A stretch of 64,000 nt of DNA, taken from Deltaproteobacteria bacterium. Its GTDB lineage: Bacteria; Myxococcota_A; UBA9160; UBA4427. The DNA lies in the NCBI GenBank assembly GCA_002709835.1, contig PAQX01000076.1, positions 2,985-66,984 on the forward strand, read 5' to 3'. Under the pieces are notes generated by a model that saw nothing but the letters and a program-made list of their open reading frames with translations, was not told the origin of the DNA and ran no database searches. Both the position numbers and the translations under genes were made by a program. Positions 1 to 6,791 of this stretch are shown here, one piece after another; within the stretch, counting starts at the first letter, position 1; each line of letters opens with the position of its first letter.

Positions 1-1187
1 CCGATTCGGAGCGAATCGAAGTCGAAGCGATCCGTCCGGTTCCAGAGATGCTTGTCGATGAACGCTTCCTGGAGCGTGAAGTGGTAGTCGAGGCGGTCGT
101 CGCCGGCCTTCGGGTCGAGCTTGACGGCGCCCAGCTGCTGGACCCAGACCTTGTTGACGTTGAGCGCCGGCGTGACCCGGATCTCCCAGTCCGGCGGCCG
201 GAAGGTCGTGTCGCCCTGGATCAGCGCGACGGACGTGAGCAGCGTCGTCTGGCTCTCCCAGGCGACGCCGTCGCCGAAGAGGTCGACCTCCTGATCGTTG
301 TCCCCCACCGCGCCCGTCGGGATCGGGATCCGCCGCGGCTCGAAGAGCTGATCCGCGACGACGCTCACGTTCACAAACCAGTCCTTGGTCCCCGGGATCG
401 GACGATCCGCCTTGAGCGTGTTCTGGTTGTACGGGTCGTACCACTTCTCGTTGACGCCGAGGTTCTCGACGATCCGCCAGCGGTCGGGCAGCGCGACGAA
501 CTCGTAGTCCGGAAGCTCGTTCTCGTAGGTCGGGGCGTTCCGGCGGCTCGGCCGCTTGCCGTCGCTCCGACGCGGCGGAGGCTCACCGGGCACCCACTCG
601 GAGCGCGGGATCGAACGCGGCTCGGGCTCGGCCCCGGGCGTCGAGCCCGAGTCCTGATCCGACTCCGCCCCCGGCCGCACGGGCGCGGGCCGGCGCGGCG
701 GAGGCGGCGGTTGCTGCTGGCGCGGCGCCGGCGTCCAGGAACCCTCGTCGAGGGGCGGCTCGGGCGCCGGCTGGACCGGCGCCGGAGGCGGCGCAACGGG
801 CGCGGGCTCGACCGGCGTCGGAACGCCGCCGGAGGACGTGTCGGGCTCCAGCGGTGCGACGGGCTGCTGGGTCGGCGCCGGCGGCGGTGCGGGCGGTCGC
901 TCCTGCCCGGCATCCCCCTGGCGACTCCCGCCGGGTCGCCGGCCGCGCGGCCGCCGTCGTCGGCGCGCCCGGGCGCCGTCGTCTTCGACGTCGGCCTGGG
1001 CCAGGAGCAGCTCGAAGACGGTCGGGGGCCTGAGCGTCTCTTCGACCGCCGCGACGTCGAGTCCGGGATCGGTCTCGGGATCGTCCGCGGGGCGCGAAGC
1101 GAAGCCCGCGTCCGCGCCGAGCATGGCGAGGGCGGTGACGCCAACGAAGAGGGAGCGGGAAAGTCCGGGTACGCGCTTCGCCCTCAT
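1..1187 (-). CDS. Secreted proline-rich protein (possible outer-membrane protein); 3' end lies beyond the window edge
   Basis: The ATG at 1187 overlaps the TGA of the upstream gene (ATGA). This minus frame is open down to position 1. It is codon-aligned with the spurious + ORF 48..1388, which contains no TTA, CTA or TCA codons. It is missing from the ORF track only because it has no stop in the window. The N-terminus MRAKRVPGLSRSLFVGVTALAMLGADAGFA looks like a signal peptide. About 130 aa of P/A/R-rich low complexity follow, then ordinary sequence (..WYDPYNQNTLKADRPIPGTKDWFVNVSVVADQLFEPRR..). No family recognised. Confidence 0.55.
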   Translation of the reverse strand, partial: MRAKRVPGLSRSLFVGVTALAMLGADAGFASRPADDPETDPGLDVAAVEETLRPPTVFELLLAQADVEDDGARARRRRRPRGRRPGGSRQGDAGQERPPAPPPAPTQQPVAPLEPDTSSGGVPTPVEPAPVAPPPAPVQPAPEPPLDEGSWTPAPRQQQPPPPPRRPAPVRPGAESDQDSGSTPGAEPEPRSIPRSEWVPGEPPPRRSDGKRPSRRNAPTYENELPDYEFVALPDRWRIVENLGVNEKWYDPYNQNTLKADRPIPGTKDWFVNVSVVADQLFEPRRIPIPTGAVGDNDQEVDLFGDGVAWESQTTLLTSVALIQGDTTFRPPDWEIRVTPALNVNKVWVQQLGAVKLDPKAGDDRLDYHFTLQEAFIDKHLWNRTDRFDFDSLRI

Positions 1188-3745
1188 CATCGTCCCTCGC
1201 ATCCGTTCTGCTCGTTGCTGCTCAGGAAGGGAGCGACCGGGCAGACCACGTATCGCAGGAACACGTTCTGGACGGAGATGTTGTCCGCGCGTTGGACGTC
1301 TGGGCGGCCATCGACGGGGGTCGTATCGACGCCGATCCGCGGCGAGTTCCCGATCGGGTTCGCGATGCTCCGCGGCGCGCGGGCCTGATCCCGGCCGACT
1401 TCGTCGAGCGCCACGAAGGGGACGAAGTCGTCCTGCTCGGCGCCATCGCCCGACACGCCGTAGGCCCCGACCAGGACCGCATCGCCCGTCGTGGAGTCGG
1501 TGCGGTAGATCGGAACCGCGCCCTGAAAGATGTGGAAGCCGTTCTGGAGGCCGGTGATGTTGCCCGAGCCAGCGGGGAAGTCCTGGGCCCCCTGGATGCA
1601 GTCGAGCTGGGCGCCCGCATCCGCCGAGCCGATCAGAAGGGTCCGGACGCCGTCGCAGAACGTGTCGCGCTGACCCACGTCGGTGAAGAGCGCGGCGCGA
1701 CCCCCGGGCGGCGGCGCGACGCCGAGGCCCGCGGCCGCGTTCAGGTCGAAGAGCACCCCCGCGAGATCCGGCACCTCTTCGCAGAGGCCGACGGCGATCC
1801 CGGGCAGCACGGTCTCGGTCTGGATCCCCGTCGAGAAAATGCTCCACTCGTCGACGTCGGGATTGCGGCTGAGGGGCCCGTTCTGGCCGGAGGCGACGCC
1901 GGGCGGGAAGTCAGGATTCGCGATCCCGCCTAGGGCGATCGAGGACCAGGCGAACTCCCCTTCGAAGAGCGGATCGGCGAGATCGAGTCCGAGGAAGGCT
2001 CGCGTATCGGCGAGGTACTGGTCGAAGGAGCGCGTGTTGAGCAGGTTGCCGTTGTTGCCGAGGGGATCGAACGCATCCTCGAGCTGGGTACGCGTGTCGT
2101 CCTTCGACCAGAACGCCGCCTGCCTCGTTTTCGCGATCGTGACGTCGACGCCGTCGAGGAGCGCGTCCTGGGAGCGCGCGAAACCGAGGACGTTGCCGTC
2201 GAGGTCGACGACCGCGACGTCGATCCGGGCCTGCCCGCCAAGCGGGCGGCGGGTCTGGGCGCGCGTGTTCTCCGCGAGCAGCAGCGCCTCGATCAGCAGC
2301 TCCTGCACGTCGGCGGCGGAGAGCCCGTCCGCCGGCGCCGGGTTCGCGGGATCCGCGGGCGGCGGGGGATTCATGCTGTCGATCGCGGGATACCGATCGG
2401 CTCCAACGGCATCGACGAGCTTCTCGCCGTTCGCCGTGCCGACGTAGCCGTTGCCAACGGCGACGTCGGTGTCGGCGAAGGTGTTGCCGACGACGCCCGA
2501 GGTCGGGTCGAGGAAGAAGACACCGGCGCGCGGTTCGGTGAAGGGGAAGAAGAACTGGTCGGAGACGAACTGGCCGGACCCCGAGCCGAGGGTGATCAGG
2601 CCGTTCAGGCGCGCGTTGATGGCGCCGATGTTGGCGACGTCCGCCGGGCTGATGACCGGCGCGGTCGCGCGCGAGGCCCGCCGCCCGGTGTCGTCGACCC
2701 AGCGAAGGGCGCGACCGGCGACGGTGATCCGGGAGGCCCGCCGCTCGGCGTCGGCATCGAAGCTCTCGGCGGCGGTCGCTCCGATCGTCGCGCCGTAGGC
2801 GATCCGCTCCTCGAGGTTGCGGTCGCGATCCGTGCCGTCGTTGTCGAGCCCGTAGATGCCGTTGAACTCGATGCCGACGGCGCCGACGACGACCTTGCCG
2901 ACGCGCCCGGTCGGCGTCCCACCAAGGAAGACCGGTGCGTCGAGCTCGGCGATGTTGTCCTTGTAAAGGGAGATCCCGCCCGGGTCCGCGGCGAAGCCGA
3001 CGGGCAGCCGGCGCGGGCCGATCAGATCGTTCGGGTCGTCCGCGACCGTCTCGTCGGCGATCTGGTTGACGCTCTGGCGCGTGTTGATGTCGCTGCAGAC
3101 GAGCTGGGCGATCTGGACCGCGAAGAGCGGGCCGCCCGGTCGATCGGTCTCGCCCGGGAAGAAGTTCTGCTGGATCAGCGTGCTCGCGGTCCGCGAGGTG
3201 AATGCGTTGCCCTGTGTGGAGAAGTAGTTGGAGGTCCCCGCCTTGCTGATCGCGGCATAGCCCGCCGGAATGAAGATCCCGTCGAGGGCCGTCTGGAGGG
3301 AGGTCAGGCCCGCGGTCGTCGCGACGGCCGCGAAGTCCGCGGAGCCCCCGTTGCTCTCGACGATGAAGGGCGTGTTCGCCGTGCGGTCCGGCGACTCGAC
3401 GGAGGTGATGAGGGAGTAGTTGGTCGTCGCCGCGTCGGTGTCGTAGACCGCGAGCACGTTCGAGAGGTGATCGAGGACGACGACCGTGATGTCCGGGATG
3501 CCGTTCGCTTCGGCTTCGTGGATCGCGTTCGCGATCACCTGCACGACGTCCTGGACGGTCAGCCGCGCTTCGACCCCGGCCGCTTCCGCCGGATACCCCA
3601 GCTCGGTCCCGTCCTGCGTGTAGTTGCATTGGAACTGGCAGACCTGGTTGTTCGACACGTTGCCGTCGGGGCAGCCGAGCAAGAGGCCCGTACCGAGGAG
3701 CGACGCGACGAGGGCGAGCGCGCCACGCGGGGAACGGGGGGTCAT
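1187..3745 (-). CDS. Lipoprotein with two GlcG/HbpS-like (DUF336, haem-binding family) modules
   Basis: Track ORF is 1187..3991. The internal ATG at 3745 gives MTPRSPRGALALVASLLGTGLLLGC, a signal peptide plus lipobox-like LLGC. DUF336-like strings occur twice. First copy: ITVVVLDHLSNVLAVYDTD ... PGGISLY ... VGAVGIE. Second copy: RIDVAVVDLDGNVLGFARSQDALLDGVDVTIAKTRQAAFWS ... GAVPIY ... LVGAYGVSGDGAEQDD. No CxxCH motif is present. Confidence 0.6.
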   Translation of the reverse strand: MTPRSPRGALALVASLLGTGLLLGCPDGNVSNNQVCQFQCNYTQDGTELGYPAEAAGVEARLTVQDVVQVIANAIHEAEANGIPDITVVVLDHLSNVLAVYDTDAATTNYSLITSVESPDRTANTPFIVESNGGSADFAAVATTAGLTSLQTALDGIFIPAGYAAISKAGTSNYFSTQGNAFTSRTASTLIQQNFFPGETDRPGGPLFAVQIAQLVCSDINTRQSVNQIADETVADDPNDLIGPRRLPVGFAADPGGISLYKDNIAELDAPVFLGGTPTGRVGKVVVGAVGIEFNGIYGLDNDGTDRDRNLEERIAYGATIGATAAESFDADAERRASRITVAGRALRWVDDTGRRASRATAPVISPADVANIGAINARLNGLITLGSGSGQFVSDQFFFPFTEPRAGVFFLDPTSGVVGNTFADTDVAVGNGYVGTANGEKLVDAVGADRYPAIDSMNPPPPADPANPAPADGLSAADVQELLIEALLLAENTRAQTRRPLGGQARIDVAVVDLDGNVLGFARSQDALLDGVDVTIAKTRQAAFWSKDDTRTQLEDAFDPLGNNGNLLNTRSFDQYLADTRAFLGLDLADPLFEGEFAWSSIALGGIANPDFPPGVASGQNGPLSRNPDVDEWSIFSTGIQTETVLPGIAVGLCEEVPDLAGVLFDLNAAAGLGVAPPPGGRAALFTDVGQRDTFCDGVRTLLIGSADAGAQLDCIQGAQDFPAGSGNITGLQNGFHIFQGAVPIYRTDSTTGDAVLVGAYGVSGDGAEQDDFVPFVALDEVGRDQARAPRSIANPIGNSPRIGVDTTPVDGRPDVQRADNISVQNVFLRYVVCPVAPFLSSNEQNGCEGR

Positions 3746-3921
3746 CGGGCGCCTCCAACCGGAACCCACCGGACCGGAACACGCCGCGCGTTCGATCGGC
3801 TCGCACGACGGGGCACCGGCGGTTCCAACATCCACTCGAGAACGCGCGGCCTGGGGGCGCGCACGACTCGCTGCTTCGTTCGTCGACGGGTTCGAAGCGC
3901 GCGCGTCGTTTCTCGGCTTTT

Positions 3922-3955
3922 CTTGACGCGAACGACGAACATCGTCCGCGTCAAG
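3922..3955 (-). terminator. Strong intergenic stem-loop (CTTGACGCG...CGCGTCAAG) about 80 nt downstream of the cytochrome gene; possible intrinsic terminator or operator
   Basis: A perfect 9-bp inverted repeat lies at 3922-3930 and 3947-3955. An inner GACGA/TCGTC pairing extends the stem. There is no U-tract after the stem on the minus-strand transcript, so the terminator function is uncertain. Confidence 0.3.
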
Positions 3956-4034
3956 AGAAAAGGCAGGAGAACGATCTGGCACGTCCCTCACGCGTCCCGA
4001 TCGATTCTACATGTCCTGAACGAAATTGCCGGGC

Positions 4035-5951
4035 CTAATTCAGGCGGTCGAAAGGCGGATGGCGGACGTCACGCCAGCGGGATCCGGCCGAGTCCCGGTG
4101 CGCGCCGAAGCCGTTTCGGAAGAGCGCACGATGGATCGCCGCGCTGTCTCCGGACTCGATCTCCCCGGCGCCTTCCGCGGCGTCGGCGTCGGGCGTCGGC
4201 GGGACGAATGCGGGCTCGGCGTCGGCGATCGTGCCCATCGGTCCATTCGCCCGCACGTGAAAGGGATGACACATCGAGCACGGGCTCGGGACCTTCTCGC
4301 CCCCGCTCGCCGTCGCGCCCGCGTGACAATCCCGGCAGACCGCCACATCGGGAATCAGGATGTCCCCCGAGACCGTACTCACCCCGGTCGTCGGCTCGCG
4401 CGGGATCAGCTCGTACGGAATCGCGCCCTCGAGCGACCAGGACGGCCGAGCGAGGGAGGTGTCTTCCTCCGGATCGAAGACCCCGGCCGCCGGGTGGCAT
4501 TTCACGCACGCGAAGGGCGCATGGGAGCCGTGGCTGAAGATCGAGCCGGGGACCCAGACTTCCTGGACCTGGACCGGCGCAATCCCAATGCCCCCGTCGC
4601 TCGCCGCGCCCGGCGCGAGCGTATGACAGAGATCGCACGTACCCGGTCGCTCGTAGAAGCGCCGCTCCGCCGCGGCGACCTTGCCGTCGACCCATTTCCG
4701 GGAGAGCTCCGCCTCGTCGGCGGTCAGCCGCTTGCCCGGGCGCCGCAGACGCAGGCGGCGCGGGGCCGCGGGATCCTTCACATCGCCGTCGAGGACGCGA
4801 TTCGCGTAGAACCCGCGGATCCGATCCCGGATGACCGCGGGATCGCCATGGGGCACCGCGTTCTTCGGCGCGGTCGCGTCGAAGTCGAGCTGATGGCAGT
4901 CCTCGCAGTGATCCTCGAAGACGACGGGCTTCATATAGAGCCCCCCGGCATCGGGCTGATGACAGGCGCCGCACTGGAGGTATTGCTTCTCGTCGCCGCG
5001 CCCGCTGACCGCCTTGCCTACGTGTCGCAGGTGGCTGAACTCGAGACCCGAGACCTCGACGAGGTCCGGCGTGACGTCGACCGAGACGGCCTCCTCGGCG
5101 GGGTCCGTCACGAGGGCCAGCTGGAAGGGCGGATGGTCATCGCCAAAGTCGCTCGCGTTGCGGAGCGCCGTCGCGGGCAGCGTCGACGCGAGGTCGGAGT
5201 GGCAGTCGGCGCAGAATCCGGCCCCGAGGTCGGCGAGGTCAACCTGACGACCGCGATGCTCGAGATGGCAGGTCGCGCAGGACGCGTCGTCGAGCGCTTC
5301 CATGCTCATCGTCTGGGGAGCGTGCCGACCGATGTCGTGGTGGCAGGTCATGCAGTCCTGGTTCTGGACCGGGCGGAAGAGACCGGAGTGGCAGCTCTGA
5401 CAGTCGTTCTCGATGTAGGCGTGGCCGCGGCTCACGTCACCGGTGTTCCAGGGCGACTGCGCGCCCTCCCACGCGAGGGGGAGAAGAAGGAAGAGGGACA
5501 GAACCAGGACGATCCCCGCCCAGGCGAGCGGCCGCATCGCGAAGGCCCCGGACTCGAGACCGAGTCGCACCCGCGCGTCGAGGGCTGCACGTTCGTCTTC
5601 ACCGCGGTCGGTCTCTTCGTACTCGAGCGCGACGTCGAACTCACCGACGGACGTCGGCTCGATCACCCGCAGCTCCCACGAGCCGATCTTGAGGACGTCG
5701 CCGATCGCGAGGCGCTCGCCCTGACTCACGAGGCCGTTGCAGTTCACCTCCTGGCCCGGTGCCGCCTCGGCGTAGAGCCTTCCGTCCGCCATGCGAAGGG
5801 TCGCCTGGTGGAGGGAGATCGTGAGGCCCTTGAGGGAGAGGTCGTTGTCGGGACCTCGGCCGATGAAGAGCGATTCGACGTCGAGATCGCGATCGAGCCG
5901 GACCTTCTTTCCCGTCGGGCGCAGGCGGATCTCTGTCAGGCGTACGCGCAT
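4035..5951 (-). CDS. FHA domain - single TM - decahaem c-type cytochrome
   Basis: The N-terminal FHA signature is FIGRGPDNDLSLKGLTISLHQATL (G-R...S-x-x-H). A hydrophobic span follows at aa 139-161 (PLAWAGIVLVLSLFLLLPLAW). Ten CxxCH motifs then occur at aa 184, 200, 225, 247, 327, 349, 439, 482, 539 and 558: CQSCH, CMTCH, CATCH, CADCH, CGACH, CEDCH, CDLCH, CVKCH, CRDCH, CSMCH. The start ATG at 5951 overlaps the upstream stop (ATGA). Confidence 0.85.
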   Translation of the reverse strand: MRVRLTEIRLRPTGKKVRLDRDLDVESLFIGRGPDNDLSLKGLTISLHQATLRMADGRLYAEAAPGQEVNCNGLVSQGERLAIGDVLKIGSWELRVIEPTSVGEFDVALEYEETDRGEDERAALDARVRLGLESGAFAMRPLAWAGIVLVLSLFLLLPLAWEGAQSPWNTGDVSRGHAYIENDCQSCHSGLFRPVQNQDCMTCHHDIGRHAPQTMSMEALDDASCATCHLEHRGRQVDLADLGAGFCADCHSDLASTLPATALRNASDFGDDHPPFQLALVTDPAEEAVSVDVTPDLVEVSGLEFSHLRHVGKAVSGRGDEKQYLQCGACHQPDAGGLYMKPVVFEDHCEDCHQLDFDATAPKNAVPHGDPAVIRDRIRGFYANRVLDGDVKDPAAPRRLRLRRPGKRLTADEAELSRKWVDGKVAAAERRFYERPGTCDLCHTLAPGAASDGGIGIAPVQVQEVWVPGSIFSHGSHAPFACVKCHPAAGVFDPEEDTSLARPSWSLEGAIPYELIPREPTTGVSTVSGDILIPDVAVCRDCHAGATASGGEKVPSPCSMCHPFHVRANGPMGTIADAEPAFVPPTPDADAAEGAGEIESGDSAAIHRALFRNGFGAHRDSAGSRWRDVRHPPFDRLN

Positions 5952-6787
5952 CAGTGGTACCAGAAGACGACGAAGATGTGGACGAGGAGCGCTGCGCAGG
6001 TCGCGAACGCGAAGGGCACGTGGACGATCAGCCAGAGGTCGAGCAGGCTCTTGAAGCGGACGTCACGCCGGATCTGCTTGAGGAGCAGCTCCTTGCGCGC
6101 GATCAGCTCCACGAGCTTCCGCTCCTGCTCCTTCGCGTCGCCCGCGAGATCGATCTTGGACATCCGCAGACTCTTGAGCGCCAGGCTCGTTCCGCAGTCG
6201 GGATCGTGCCCCGAGAGCTGCGCGCGGACGGAGCCGCCGATCCGGGTCTCGTCGATCGAGGTCACGACCGCCTGGGCGTAGTAGTCGGGCAGTCCGTCCG
6301 CCGCCATCCGACACTCCGCGTCGATCTCCGCGATCCGCTCGAGCATCGCGTCGAGGGTGATGTTGTTCCGGTTGCGCGTTATCGAGGTCGGGACGAGGGC
6401 ATAGAACGCGACGCCCAGGATTCCGCTGAAGCAGACGACGAGCATGAGCACGTAGGCCAGCGTGTGGACGTTCCAGCCGAACTCGAAGGCCGAATGGAGC
6501 GGCACGAGGAAGATCAGCATCGTCCCGAGATAGACGTGCGCCGAGGTCCAGCCCTTGAGCGGCGCTCCCGCCGACGCGTAGTCGCGCTTCCTCACGCCGA
6601 GCCACATCAGCCAGAAGATGATCGCCGCGGCGATCGTCCCCAGGCCGTAGCCGGTCCAGGAGGAGCCGCTCCGGCCACCCGGCGGATCGTCGAAGACATA
6701 GGCCGCGAGCGAGAGGAAGAAGATCGCGAGGGCGACCTTCAGGTAGCGGTAGTTCTGGTATTCGAGGAAGGTGCGCGGCCCGATCAC
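5951..6787 (-). CDS. Integral membrane protein (5 predicted TM) with two H-x13-H helices; putative di-haem b-type electron-transfer subunit
   Basis: Track ORF is 5951..6853. A GTG at 6787 lies 4 nt after the TAG of the upstream gene (6792-6794). Hydrophobic spans are LKVALAIFFLSLAAYVF, GTIAAAIIFWLMWLGV, HVYLGTMLIFLVPLH, TLAYVLMLVVCFSGILGVAFYALV and WLIVHVPFAFATCAALLVHIFVVFW. His106/His120 and His278/His292 (ORF-track numbering) are each 14 residues apart. A hydrophilic, partly coiled loop of about 110 aa sits between TM4 and TM5. Confidence 0.7.
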   Translation of the reverse strand: MIGPRTFLEYQNYRYLKVALAIFFLSLAAYVFDDPPGGRSGSSWTGYGLGTIAAAIIFWLMWLGVRKRDYASAGAPLKGWTSAHVYLGTMLIFLVPLHSAFEFGWNVHTLAYVLMLVVCFSGILGVAFYALVPTSITRNRNNITLDAMLERIAEIDAECRMAADGLPDYYAQAVVTSIDETRIGGSVRAQLSGHDPDCGTSLALKSLRMSKIDLAGDAKEQERKLVELIARKELLLKQIRRDVRFKSLLDLWLIVHVPFAFATCAALLVHIFVVFWYH

Positions 6788-6791
6788 GCGA

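Noticed and set aside
48-1388. 446-aa + strand ORF, plus ORFs 371..1144 (-) and 838..1557 (+), at the left edge
   Set aside because: The translations are Arg/Leu/Asp/Val-rich or Arg/Ser/Pro-rich low complexity, typical of wrong-frame or antisense reading at high GC. The + ORF is codon-aligned antisense to the open minus frame, which encodes a sensible signal-peptide protein starting at 1187.
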